Shown: piece after piece, positions 26,403 to 35,699 of the stretch | Position numbering within the stretch: position 1 is the first letter of the stretch | Layout of the letters: every line of letters begins with the position of its first letter | Source: Candidatus Moraniibacteriota bacterium | GTDB taxonomy: Bacteria; Patescibacteriota; Minisyncoccia; Moranbacterales; UBA2206 | Direction: 5' to 3' | NCBI GenBank assembly: GCA_049304095.1 | Contig: JBAQNU010000022.1 | Coordinates: 2,348 to 66,347 of the forward strand | Length of the DNA: 64,000 bases | Position numbers and translations under genes: made by a program | Notes under the pieces: generated by a model | Databases searched by the model: none | Told to the model about the DNA's origin: nothing | The model's input: only the letters and a program-made list of their open reading frames with translations

Positions 26403-27422
26403 ATGCTGAAATACTTTAATCCATTCCTCATTGCATTCCTACTCACTAATCTGATTATTTTCCTGGTTAATTTAGCGGCGCAAAGAATCCATTGGGCGGC
26501 GCGTAGCGAGGGGCGGCATATCCACCCCAAGAATATTTATCGCATCGGTGGCATTGCTATGGTTTTGGCGTTTAATCTTTCACTTATGCTCAATCGTGAT
26601 TTGGTGTTCACGCCAGAGCTTGTGGGCTTCATGCTCGCTTCACTCATTTTGATGCTTGTGGGCGCTTGGGACGACTTTCGCGAACTATATTGGAAGACCC
26701 AACTTTTTTTTCAATTTGCCATTTCCGTTTTCATCTTCATTGTCGGCGTACGCATCTACTACATCACCAATCCTTTTTCTGCTGGCGTGATTAATCTTGA
26801 TTTGGGTGGCACCGTGCTCATTTCTTTGGCCCTGGTGATTTTCTGGATTATGCTTGTTATGAATGCCGTCAACTGGCTTGATGGCGTGGATGGACTTTCT
26901 GGTGGAGTGACTCTCATCTCGCTCATTACTATTTTCTTTTTGAGCTTTCGCCCGGAAGTTAATCAACCACCGATTGCCATCATCGCTGTCATTCTCATCG
27001 GCACACTTTCCAGTTTTTTAGTTTTCAATTTTAATCCGGCTAAAATTTTAGCCGGAACAGCGGGGGCGATGTTTATGGGACTTTCGCTCTCCGTTCTCGC
27101 AATTTTTTCCGGTACCAAGATTGCCACCGCCGCGTTAGTGCTCGCTATTCCCATTCTTGATTTTGTTTGGGTGATTGGGGAGCGGATAAAAAAAGGCAAA
27201 TCCATTTTTTTGGCCGACAAAAATCATCTGCATCATAAGCTTTTGGAAATTGGCTGGTCGCAAAAAAAGATTGCGCTGGTCTATTATACTATTACACTAC
27301 TCATTGCGGTCGTGGCGCTAAACACCCGAACTATTGGCAAAACCATCACTCTTTCGCTTTTTGGACTGATTATGCTCTTGGTCTTTTGGGGGATTAACAG
27401 AAAGTTGGCTCAGTCGCGCTAG
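26403..27422 (+). CDS. Glycosyltransferase family 4, polyprenyl-phosphate sugar-1-phosphate transferase (MraY/WecA-like)
   Basis: VMNAVNWLDGVDGLSGG motif and about 10 TM segments. It is not in the dcw cluster, so probably WecA/TagO-like rather than MraY. Confidence 0.85.
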   Translation: MLKYFNPFLIAFLLTNLIIFLVNLAAQRIHWAARSEGRHIHPKNIYRIGGIAMVLAFNLSLMLNRDLVFTPELVGFMLASLILMLVGAWDDFRELYWKTQLFFQFAISVFIFIVGVRIYYITNPFSAGVINLDLGGTVLISLALVIFWIMLVMNAVNWLDGVDGLSGGVTLISLITIFFLSFRPEVNQPPIAIIAVILIGTLSSFLVFNFNPAKILAGTAGAMFMGLSLSVLAIFSGTKIATAALVLAIPILDFVWVIGERIKKGKSIFLADKNHLHHKLLEIGWSQKKIALVYYTITLLIAVVALNTRTIGKTITLSLFGLIMLLVFWGINRKLAQSR

Positions 27423-27434
27423 GTCACGATTGTA

Positions 27435-27474
27435 AAACAAAAACACTCTCGGGTAAACGAGAGTGTTTTTGTTT
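27435..27474. terminator. Bidirectional terminator between convergent genes
   Basis: AAAACAAAAACACTCTCG-GGTAAA-CGAGAGTGTTTTTGTTT, a perfect 16-17-bp stem with T/A runs on both sides. Confidence 0.75.
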
Positions 27475-27542
27475 GGTCGGGTAATGTTATACCAAACTAA
27501 TTTCTGTAAAAAAGGTACAAGGTTTAGCTTAACGCATAAACT

Positions 27543-28190
27543 CTAAGTCAAAGAGGGCACTCGGAGCGCGTATTTGTGCAAATTATTGAGTTGTCCAGCG
27601 CTGAGGTTCTTGGATTTTGAAATTGCGTCCCCAATCAGACTCTTGGAAAATTCGATCGATGTTCCTATGTGCACTCCACCTGTGTGGGCTACATTTTTGC
27701 GCAGATAGTCTTCAATATAGATCTTGTGTTCCGGAGTAAGGCTCGTGTCAGCATTTTTCTCCAAATAATCCGCAAGTGCTTTTCTGGCCAATTTGGTAGC
27801 GCTATCTCCTGTGCCGGCTGTTTCAACGAAAGCTCCGTCAGTTTCTTGACTAGTGGTTACTGAAGAAGTTTGTTGTTTTTCCGCTACTGGCGTCTTTGTG
27901 GCGCTAGAGTCATCTGCAGTAGTCGTGTCTTTCGCGCTAGAATCTTCGCTGGTCACATCTTTAAGTAAATCATTCTGTTCCGTTTGATCCGCAGTTGTGT
28001 CTACTTGCGATCGATTGGAATAGGAATAGATTCCGATGGCGATAATTATAACGATAAAGATACTAACAAGCACTCTCAGATTGTCTTGAAACCATTGCTT
28101 TGTTCCGTTTTCTGTTTCGGCATTTTCTTCCTCGCTAACAGTTTGGTCGTTCTCATCATTTGTCTCTTGATTGAATTCCATAATTTTCAC
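27543..28190 (-). CDS. Hypothetical membrane-anchored protein (acidic N-terminus, single TM)
   Basis: VLVSIFIVIIIAIGIYSY TM segment. The rest is unassigned. Confidence 0.45.
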   Translation of the reverse strand: MKIMEFNQETNDENDQTVSEEENAETENGTKQWFQDNLRVLVSIFIVIIIAIGIYSYSNRSQVDTTADQTEQNDLLKDVTSEDSSAKDTTTADDSSATKTPVAEKQQTSSVTTSQETDGAFVETAGTGDSATKLARKALADYLEKNADTSLTPEHKIYIEDYLRKNVAHTGGVHIGTSIEFSKSLIGDAISKSKNLSAGQLNNLHKYALRVPSLT

Positions 28191-28401
28191 CTTCCTTTCT
28201 ATTTTACCCCGTGTCCCAAGCGTTGGGATTTCACGAAGTTTTAAATTATTAATGTGCTTGCGTTGAAGCTATGATTGTCTTGGCTTTCGACAATCGTCTC
28301 TCTAAGATAAAGTTTAACTCATCTAAAACTCGCGTCAACTAGACAATTTTAGTGTTTCGACGTGTAGTATGAAAAGACTTTAGTTAACCTCAGCTAATTT
28401 A

Positions 28402-28410
28402 TGCTATAAT
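28402..28410 (+). promoter_or_regulatory. Extended -10 (TGcTATAAT) upstream of patatin gene
   Basis: TGCTATAAT about 20 nt upstream of the ATG. The -35 is weak. Confidence 0.35.
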
Positions 28411-28428
28411 GAAAAAATAGAAGTTATA

Positions 28429-29289
28429 GTGAAAAAAGAAATTATGCTAAAAAAGAAAAAACAGGAATGTCCCAAAATCGGCCTTGCGCTCAGTGGTGGC
28501 TCAGCACTCGGAATCGCTCACATTGGCGCGATTAAGGCTTTGCGTGAAAACAAGATTCCGCTCCATTGCGTTTCTGGCACAAGCGCGGGTGCGATTGTGG
28601 CGACAGCCTTGGCTTTTGGCGTTCCATTGGAAAAAATGATTGAGCTTTCATGCCGCCTGAGCTGGTCCAATATTTCTGAGTTTGGCTATTCCAAACTAGG
28701 GCTCAATTCCAATTGGCCAGTGGGAGAGATTATGATTAAATTAGTGGGGGATAAGAAAATCGAAGACGCTCCAATTCCCCTGGCTATCATTGCTACCGAC
28801 ATTGATACGGGAGAAAAGATTGTTTTTCGCAAAGGTAGCGTGGCGGATGCTGTGCGGGCCAGCACGTGTTTGCCGGGATTTTTCATTCCGACTAAAGTCA
28901 AAGGCAAGCGGTTGGTTGATGGGGGATTGGTAGAGAATTTGCCACTTTCTCCTCTGCGAAAAATGGGAGCGGATGTGCGCATCGGTGTTGATCTTGGGCA
29001 CTTTCGCACGCTCAAAAAAACACATAATATTTTGGATGTAATCACGAATTCCTATAACATTCTCATTAAACCGCAAGAAAATATTCTCGTGGAAGATGCG
29101 GAGGTGCTTATTGAACCGCATTTGGAAAAATTTCATTCCACTGACTTTAAAAAAGCAGATGAGTTGATTCAGTCGGGATATCAAGCCACTAAGCTAAAAA
29201 TTCCCCAGATCAAAAAATATTTAGGGCGAAAAATCAAACCGGAATCCAAAAGCTTTTGGCAAAAGTGGGTGGATCTTTTTCGGAAATAG
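28429..29289 (+). CDS. Patatin-like phospholipase
   Basis: GLALSGGSALGIAHIG (GGxG), GTSAG (GxSxG), and DGG catalytic Asp. Confidence 0.85.
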   Translation: MKKEIMLKKKKQECPKIGLALSGGSALGIAHIGAIKALRENKIPLHCVSGTSAGAIVATALAFGVPLEKMIELSCRLSWSNISEFGYSKLGLNSNWPVGEIMIKLVGDKKIEDAPIPLAIIATDIDTGEKIVFRKGSVADAVRASTCLPGFFIPTKVKGKRLVDGGLVENLPLSPLRKMGADVRIGVDLGHFRTLKKTHNILDVITNSYNILIKPQENILVEDAEVLIEPHLEKFHSTDFKKADELIQSGYQATKLKIPQIKKYLGRKIKPESKSFWQKWVDLFRK

Positions 29290-29340
29290 TAAGTCATAAT
29301 AGTGCTAAACTGGCTTGACTGAAAAGGAAAGGCAAAAACT

Positions 29341-30132
29341 ATGAATATTATCGAAGTTAAAAATTTAGTTAAAAAATTTGATGACATCACGGCAGTGGAC
29401 GACATCTCTTTTTCGGTCGAAAAAGGTAAAATTTTTGCTTTTCTTGGACCAAATGGCGCGGGCAAAACTACGACCATCAAAATGTTTACCACGCTTCTTC
29501 AACCAACCAGCGGAAAAATTCTTGTGAATGGTTATGATCCAGTCACCAATTCCGATGATGTGCGTTGCTCTTTTGGCATCATTTTTCAAGACCCAAGTCT
29601 TGACGATGAACTGACAGCGTTTGAAAATTTGGAATTTCACGGTGTGCTCTATGACGTGCCAAAAAAAATCCGTCGCAATCGCATTGAAGAATTATTGAAA
29701 ATAGTTGAGCTGGAAAAACGGCGCGATGATTTGGTGAAAGAATTTTCTGGTGGCATGAAGCGACGCCTCGAAATTGCTCGCGGGCTACTTCACCACCCGA
29801 AAATTATTTTTCTCGATGAGCCAACGCTTGGGCTTGACCCGCAAACCAGAAATCATCTATGGGGATATATCAAAGAGATGAATGAAAAAGAGGGGATTAC
29901 GGTTTTTTTCAGTACGCACTACATGGAAGAAGCTGACCGGATGTCAGATCGGATTGCTATTATTGATAATGGCAAGATTGTGGCAGAAGGGACGGCGGAG
30001 GAGTTGAAGGCGAAAACTAACGCTAAAACGCTGGAGGATGCCTTTCTGCAGCTAACGGGAAAACAAATCCGCGAAGAAGGGGCAAATGCTATGGATAATT
30101 TAAGAACAATGCGACGCGTATGGAGAAGATAG
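29341..30132 (+). CDS. ABC transporter ATP-binding protein (ABC-2/DrrA-type)
   Basis: GPNGAGKTT Walker A, LSGGMKRR signature, ILDEPT Walker B. Confidence 0.9.
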   Translation: MNIIEVKNLVKKFDDITAVDDISFSVEKGKIFAFLGPNGAGKTTTIKMFTTLLQPTSGKILVNGYDPVTNSDDVRCSFGIIFQDPSLDDELTAFENLEFHGVLYDVPKKIRRNRIEELLKIVELEKRRDDLVKEFSGGMKRRLEIARGLLHHPKIIFLDEPTLGLDPQTRNHLWGYIKEMNEKEGITVFFSTHYMEEADRMSDRIAIIDNGKIVAEGTAEELKAKTNAKTLEDAFLQLTGKQIREEGANAMDNLRTMRRVWRR

Positions 30133-30887
30133 GAAAATATTCTAAAGTGATTTACATTTTGTGGCTTCGTCAACTGAAGCGTTATTCGCGTTCCCGCGCG
30201 AGAATCATTGGTTCTCTTGCTCAACCAACTCTTTTTCTCGTGGCAATGGGTTTTGGTTTTGGGCCGATCTATCAAAAAGCGGGCGGTGGCAATTATATCC
30301 AATTTATCGCTCCTGGCATTATCGCCATGAGCATCATTTTCACCGCCATGTTTGGCGGAATGGAGGTGATCTACGATCGACAATTTGGCTTTTTGAAAGA
30401 AACGCTCGTCGCTCCAGTTCCTCGCTGGACGATTATGCTTGGGCGCACTCTCGGCGGAGCGACTGTGGCAACATTGCAGGGACTCGTGGTTTTTTTCATT
30501 GCTCTCGTCGTTGGCTTTCGGCCGGAAAATATGTTCTTTGCCCCGCTCGCGCTAGTTTATATGGCACTCATCGCCATTTCTTTCACAGCGCTCGGTACAG
30601 CGATTGCCTCAACAATGGAAGATATGCAAGCCTTTCCACTCGTTATGAATTTTCTCATTATGCCTCTGTTCTTTTTGTCTGGTGCTCTTTTTCCACTTAC
30701 CGGACTTCCCAAAGTCATCCAAATCGTAATCCGTGTCAACCCTTTGTCCTACGGCGTCGACGGCATCCGAGGCATCCTCACTGGCCAACTTCATTTCGCC
30801 TATCACACTGATTTTCTCGTGCTCTTCTTCTTTGCCACCGTAGCCCTCGCCGCCGGCAGTTATCTTTTTTCGAAAATTGAGGTTTAG
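30120..30887 (+). CDS. ABC-2 type transporter permease
   Basis: Overlaps the ATPase stop. Six TM segments. Typical ABC-2 exporter arrangement. Confidence 0.8.
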   Translation: MEKIGKYSKVIYILWLRQLKRYSRSRARIIGSLAQPTLFLVAMGFGFGPIYQKAGGGNYIQFIAPGIIAMSIIFTAMFGGMEVIYDRQFGFLKETLVAPVPRWTIMLGRTLGGATVATLQGLVVFFIALVVGFRPENMFFAPLALVYMALIAISFTALGTAIASTMEDMQAFPLVMNFLIMPLFFLSGALFPLTGLPKVIQIVIRVNPLSYGVDGIRGILTGQLHFAYHTDFLVLFFFATVALAAGSYLFSKIEV

Positions 30888-30908
30888 AAGATTTAGATTA
30901 TTTCTTGG

Positions 30909-30936
30909 CCATCCTCCAGTTTGGGGATGGTTTTTC
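30909..30936 (+). terminator. Terminator after ABC permease
   Basis: CCATCC-TCCAGTTTGG-GGATGG followed by TTTTTC. Confidence 0.55.
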
Positions 30937-30939
30937 TAT

Positions 30940-30967
30940 TTGACAAGATTTTTAATAATGATATGAT
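30940..30967 (+). promoter_or_regulatory. Promoter TTGACA-N16-TATGAT upstream of AntA-like gene
   Basis: TATTTGACAAGATTT. The same 15-mer recurs at 31893-31907 upstream of csoR. Confidence 0.45.
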
Positions 30968-30996
30968 ATCAGTATAATTATTTAAAAACAAAAAAA

Positions 30997-31884
30997 ATGA
31001 ACGAGCTAATAAATATAAAAGTGATCCAAAAGGATTTTAATGGTGAGAAAAAGAGATTTGTGAATGCCAGAGAGTTATATAATTGGCTTGGCGTAGGCAG
31101 GGACTTTTCCAATTGGATAAAAGATAGGATTACGAAATATGACTTCGTGGAAGATCTCGATTTTTTTCTCGCCTTCGCCAAATTTGGCGATGGATTCGAA
31201 GGCTTTAATAAGGCAAAAGCTATTGACCCCAAAACTGGTAAGATATTAGCTAGAGAGTATGTCATCTCAATTGATATGGCTAAAGAACTGGCGATGCTTG
31301 AAAACAACGAAAGGGGGAAAATGGTTAGAAAGTATTTCATTCGAGTGGAAAGTGATTTCAAAAAGGTGATGCGAGTTGCTAAGATGGATCCGAAATTCAT
31401 CAATCAATTGGCGAGCCAGTTTTTTGAAACCAGAGAGGAAACGAAAGAATTTCGTCGAGATTTCACAGACTCTATCAAAGATTTCGTCGCAGTGAAAAAT
31501 TATGGAACATACACGGATATGCTTTATAATTTTTTGTTTCTGGAAAGAGCCAAGGAATATCGCAAACTTCTAAATCTTGCCAAAAAAGATTTTACTAGAA
31601 ATTATATGTACGAGGAAATAATTTTTACCATCGGCGCTTTTGAAACAGGGCTTTCTGGCGAGGTGGAAAAAGCTGCCAAGAAATTAAAAAGGCTGCTAAC
31701 CCAAAAAGAATTTGAGAAAATTTTCCAAGAATTTTCTGCTCAAAGGAATTGGCTGGCCTATCAAAAAAGAGCGAGAAATATTATGGCGACTTACGACGAG
31801 GAACTGCGTCGAATCAAGCATCCGAAGTTGATTGATTACCGCAAAGAATTTAGTCAGGAGGATATTCAGAAGTTGTTGGGGTGA
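30997..31884 (+). CDS. Phage antirepressor-like protein (AntA-type N-terminal domain)
   Basis: FNGEKKRFVNARELYNWLGVGRDFSNWIKDRITKYDFVEDLDF matches my recollection of the AntA/ORF6N phage domain (…VVSARELHEFL…DFS.WIK.RI.KYGF.E..DF). The C-terminal 200 aa are unassigned. Confidence 0.55.
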   Translation: MNELINIKVIQKDFNGEKKRFVNARELYNWLGVGRDFSNWIKDRITKYDFVEDLDFFLAFAKFGDGFEGFNKAKAIDPKTGKILAREYVISIDMAKELAMLENNERGKMVRKYFIRVESDFKKVMRVAKMDPKFINQLASQFFETREETKEFRRDFTDSIKDFVAVKNYGTYTDMLYNFLFLERAKEYRKLLNLAKKDFTRNYMYEEIIFTIGAFETGLSGEVEKAAKKLKRLLTQKEFEKIFQEFSAQRNWLAYQKRARNIMATYDEELRRIKHPKLIDYRKEFSQEDIQKLLG

Positions 31885-31896
31885 GGTAGATTTTAT

Positions 31897-31940
31897 TTGA
31901 CAAGATTTCCAAGGGGAGTATATTATACCTAGGGGGGAGG
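31897..31940 (+). promoter_or_regulatory. Promoter (TTGACA-N16-TATATT) with overlapping candidate CsoR operator ATACCTAGGGGGGAGGTGT
   Basis: The -35 is at 31897-31902. The ACCT-G6-AGGT pseudo-palindrome at 31925-31940 has the G-tract inverted-repeat shape described for CsoR operators. Confidence 0.4.
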
Positions 31941-31967
31941 TGTTTCAAATGCAAAATGTAAAAATCA

Positions 31968-32009
31968 CCTTGCCTACCCTGCCTACCGGACAGGCAGGCG
32001 GCAGGCAGG
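31968..32009. repeat. GC-rich palindromic repeat, copy 3 (in csoR 5' leader)
   Basis: CCTTGCCTACC CTGCCTACC GGA CAGGCAGG CGGCAGGCAGG. Confidence 0.55.
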
Positions 32010-32055
32010 AAATGAAAAATTATTAAGGCGAATAATTTCCTAAATTTATAACAAT

Positions 32056-32325
32056 ATGCAAAAGGAAGATGAACAAATCTTAATCGGTCTCAAAAAAGCT
32101 AGGACGCATTTGGCCAAAGTGATTGCGATGGTGGAGGCGGGGGAATATTGTGTTTCGATTATGCAGCAGAATCTGGCAGTGGTTGGACTTTTGAAATCGG
32201 CCAACGACAAGCTCTTGGCGCGACATCTCAGTAGTTGTTTTATGAATGCCATGAAAGGCACGAACGAAAAACGTAAGCAAGAGATGATTTCGGAAATTTT
32301 GCAACTGAATAAATTAGCCAAATAA
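32056..32325 (+). CDS. csoR: CsoR/RcnR-family metal-sensing transcriptional repressor
   Basis: 89 aa with the x-C...H-x3-C triad (YCVS...RHLSSC) and DUF156-like helical layout. Sits upstream of copA. Confidence 0.75.
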   Translation: MQKEDEQILIGLKKARTHLAKVIAMVEAGEYCVSIMQQNLAVVGLLKSANDKLLARHLSSCFMNAMKGTNEKRKQEMISEILQLNKLAK

Positions 32326-32326
32326 T

Positions 32327-33466
32327 ATGGAAGAAAAAACTTGTTGCTGTGCGGGAAAAAAAACACAAAGTTTGAAAAAACAATGGCTAGGCGCATTGGG
32401 CATTTTATTTTTTTTGACGCTTTTCTATCGGATTTTTCAAAGCTTGGGTATGGTGGAAAAATTGGGCGCTCTCAATCCTGGTGCTAGCTATGGCGCGGCG
32501 TTTTTGGTGGGAATTGTTGCTAGCGTTTCCAGCTGTCTTGCCATTGTCGGATCGGTGGTAATTGCCTTTAGCGAGAAATATAGGGCGAAAAAAGAAGCCT
32601 TTTTTGATAATGCCATCAAGCCGAACATGCTTTTTCACGCCGGAAGGCTTAGTAGCTTTTTCATCTTAGGCGGACTACTTGGAGCAATTGGTGGAGGGAT
32701 TAATTTGAGTGGCCGTTTTGTGGCAATTTACACGCTAATAATAGCCCTTGTTATGGCAATTTTGGGACTCAATATTTTAGGTTTTTTCCCCAGGATTACT
32801 GCGCTTGGTCTGTGTATGCCCAAAGTGTTTAGGGAAAGATGGGATAACTTGCGAAAATCGGAAAATAGTCTGATGCCGTTTTTTCTTGGTAGTTTTAGTT
32901 TTTTTCTGCCTTGCGGGTTCACGCAAAGCATGCAATTGATTGCGCTAGCTTCTGGTAGTTTTTGGCAGGGAGGGATGATCCTTTTTCTTTTCGCACTGGG
33001 AACGGTTCCAGCGCTTATGGCACTGGGCATTACGACCGCCTGGACTCGCAGTAAAAATATTTTAGTTTTTCAAAAAGTGGCCGGAGTTTTGATTTTGCTG
33101 TTTGCTTTCTATGCTTTTAATTCTGGTTTAGCGCTAATTGATGTCAGAAATAATATTTTTGAAAAATCCAATTCAAAACAAAAAAATTTAAAAACTGATG
33201 TGGCGGAACAAATTGTGGAAATGCATGTCATAAGCGCTGGATTTTCGCCGAGCACGCTCAAAATTAAAAAAGGTGTGCCGGTGCGTTGGGTGATTAAGGG
33301 GGATAGTGTGACAAGCTGTACAAATAAAATTATTGTGCCGAGTCTTGGTATTTCGCAGAATATTAGCTCCGGGGACAATATTGTCAATTTTACGCCCGAT
33401 AAGGCGGGAGAAATTCCTTTTAGTTGCTTCATGGGAATGGTCCGTGGTAAGTTTATAGTAGAATAA
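32327..33466 (+). CDS. Membrane protein: Cys-rich N-terminus, DsbD_2-like TM domain, C-terminal cupredoxin-like domain
   Basis: CCAGKK N-terminus and about 8 TM segments. The C-terminus SPSTLKIKKGVPVRWVIKGDSVTSCTNKIIVPSLGI...GEIPFSCFMG resembles the cupredoxin_1-type domain seen next to Cu ATPases. Confidence 0.5.
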   Translation: MEEKTCCCAGKKTQSLKKQWLGALGILFFLTLFYRIFQSLGMVEKLGALNPGASYGAAFLVGIVASVSSCLAIVGSVVIAFSEKYRAKKEAFFDNAIKPNMLFHAGRLSSFFILGGLLGAIGGGINLSGRFVAIYTLIIALVMAILGLNILGFFPRITALGLCMPKVFRERWDNLRKSENSLMPFFLGSFSFFLPCGFTQSMQLIALASGSFWQGGMILFLFALGTVPALMALGITTAWTRSKNILVFQKVAGVLILLFAFYAFNSGLALIDVRNNIFEKSNSKQKNLKTDVAEQIVEMHVISAGFSPSTLKIKKGVPVRWVIKGDSVTSCTNKIIVPSLGISQNISSGDNIVNFTPDKAGEIPFSCFMGMVRGKFIVE

Positions 33467-33478
33467 TTCAAAAAATAT

Positions 33479-35671
33479 ATGCCAACAAGAAAAACCATCT
33501 TTGAAATAACGGGCATGACTTGTGCCAGTTGCAGCGCTAGTAATGAAAGAGCACTGACTAAGACTATTGGGGTCAAAAAAGCTTCCATTAATTTTGCTAC
33601 GAAAAAAGCGCTGGTAGAATATGACGATGCCGTTTTAAATGAAGTGGAAATTAAAAAAACCATTCTAGCCAATGGCTATGGCATCAAGGGAGAGGTGAGT
33701 CGGAAATATCAACTGATAAACAAATATGCGCAATACAAGAATGAAATTTTTGGTAACATCAAGGTGCGTCTTGTGCTCTCAGCACTTTTTTCCTTACCGC
33801 TACTCTTGGGAATGTTTTTTCAAATCAAGGCCGGTGTGAATTTTTGGGGAATTGATTTGGTGATGTGGCTGCATATTGTCTTGGCTTCAATCATCGTGTT
33901 CGTTTTCGGTTGGCCATTCCACCGGATGGCCTACGCACAAATGAAAAAAGGCGAGTTAAGCATGGATACATTGGTTTCCATGGGAACACTCGTGGCCTAT
34001 TTTTTCAGTCTTTGGTCACTGGCCAATCACCAAAAAGATTATTTGGAAACTGGAGCTGTGATTATTACGCTAATTCTTTTGGGAAAATATTTGGAAGATT
34101 TGAGTGTGCAAAAAACGGGAGACGCGATGAGGAGTCTCATGGAATTGGGAGTAAAAAAAGCGCGCATCTTGGTGCGAGGAGAAGAGCGGGAAGTGGAGAT
34201 TGAGAAACTAAAAGTGGGCGATGTTATGCTGATTCGGCCAGGTGAGAAAATTCCACTGGATGGCTATATTATAGAAGGCGAATCAGCCATTGATGAGTCA
34301 ATGCTGACTGGAGAATCACTACTCACGGAAAAAAAGGTGGGTGATTATGTTTTTGGATCAATGCTTAATCAAAATGGCATTATCAAGGTGAGAGTAGAGA
34401 AAGTTGGTGAGGGCACGGTTTTGGCGCAAATTATTCGGACAGTTGAAGAGGCGCAAAATTCTAAAGCGCCGATTCAAAAATTAGCCGATCAAACTGCACG
34501 CATTTTTGTGCCGGTAGTATTATTTCTGGCAGCTATAACCTTTTTGGGCTGGTTTTTTTTGGCGCAGGGCGGAACGCGAGCGGTAATCTATGCTGTGTCT
34601 GTGCTCGTTATTGCTTGTCCTTGTGCGTTGGGCCTGGCCACGCCAACGGCGATTATGGCTGGAGCGGGCTATGGGGCGAAACGCGGAATTTTGTTTAAAA
34701 CTGGTGAAAGCTTTGAGCGGATTCGAAATATTTCCATGGTGATTTTTGATAAAACTGGAACGCTCACAAAAGGCAAGCCGGCCGTTTTGAAATTTTTCCT
34801 AAATCCGGGGGAAAAAATAACGGAAGCGGAGCTTTTGCAGTTGGCCTATAGTCTGACGATTAGCTCTGAGCATCCCTATTCCAAGTCAATTGTTAACTAT
34901 GTTAAATCACAAGGGTTAGAAAAGGAAATGCAGAAGATAGAAAAAATCAAAGAACATAAAGGCAAGGGAATTTCTGGCATGGACGAGAAAAATAGAAATG
35001 TATTTTTGGGCAATAAAAAAATTATCGAGCAAGAGAAGATAGAAAATGCCTGGGCAGAAAGTTTGGAGACGAAAGCGGAAAACAATGTCGGGGCACTATC
35101 TTTTATTGGTCGAGAAAAGACAATTCTTGGTGCGTTTTTGGTGGCAGATGAAATTCGGGATGAAGCAACTGAAGTGATTTCCAAGTTGAAAAGGATGAGA
35201 TTGAAAGTAGCGATGATTTCCGGAGACAGAGAAGTGGTTACCAGTTCAGTGGCAAAAACATTGGGAATTAGTTTAGTCATCTCTGATGTTTTGCCACATG
35301 AAAAATTAGAGGCGATTAAGAATTTCCAAGCGCAGGGAGAGAAAGTTATTTTCGTGGGAGATGGAATCAATGATGCGCCCAGCCTCATCGCTGCCGATCT
35401 GGGTATTGCGATGGGAAGCGCGATGGATATTGCCAAAGAAGCGGGGCAAATTGTAATGCTCGAAAATAATTTAAATAAAGTGTTAGAGGCAATTCACATT
35501 TCCCGCAAGACTTTTCGCACAATCAGGCAAAATCTCTTTTGGGCTTTTTTCTATAATATCGTAGCTATTCCTCTGGCAATGCTGGGTTTTCTCACTCCAG
35601 CCATTGCGGCAGGAGCGATGTCATTTAGCTCAATTTCAGTGGTGCTCAATAGTTTGCGCGCAGCAAAGTAG
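33479..35671 (+). CDS. copA: Copper-translocating P1B-type ATPase
   Basis: HMA domain [14 protein letters not shown] motif ([12 protein letters not shown]), [15 protein letters not shown]. Confidence 0.9.
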   Translation: MPTRKTIFEITGMTCASCSASNERALTKTIGVKKASINFATKKALVEYDDAVLNEVEIKKTILANGYGIKGEVSRKYQLINKYAQYKNEIFGNIKVRLVLSALFSLPLLLGMFFQIKAGVNFWGIDLVMWLHIVLASIIVFVFGWPFHRMAYAQMKKGELSMDTLVSMGTLVAYFFSLWSLANHQKDYLETGAVIITLILLGKYLEDLSVQKTGDAMRSLMELGVKKARILVRGEEREVEIEKLKVGDVMLIRPGEKIPLDGYIIEGESAIDESMLTGESLLTEKKVGDYVFGSMLNQNGIIKVRVEKVGEGTVLAQIIRTVEEAQNSKAPIQKLADQTARIFVPVVLFLAAITFLGWFFLAQGGTRAVIYAVSVLVIACPCALGLATPTAIMAGAGYGAKRGILFKTGESFERIRNISMVIFDKTGTLTKGKPAVLKFFLNPGEKITEAELLQLAYSLTISSEHPYSKSIVNYVKSQGLEKEMQKIEKIKEHKGKGISGMDEKNRNVFLGNKKIIEQEKIENAWAESLETKAENNVGALSFIGREKTILGAFLVADEIRDEATEVISKLKRMRLKVAMISGDREVVTSSVAKTLGISLVISDVLPHEKLEAIKNFQAQGEKVIFVGDGINDAPSLIAADLGIAMGSAMDIAKEAGQIVMLENNLNKVLEAIHISRKTFRTIRQNLFWAFFYNIVAIPLAMLGFLTPAIAAGAMSFSSISVVLNSLRAAK

Positions 35672-35699
35672 ACCTAATTTTTATTCAAAAATATTTTTT

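Noticed and set aside
35604-35699. Upstream extension of the ispH ORF overlapping the copA 3' end
   Set aside because: The conserved IspH N-terminus begins at MEIIIAKNAGFCFG (ATG 35700). The extension is not IspH-like and would overlap copA by 68 nt.
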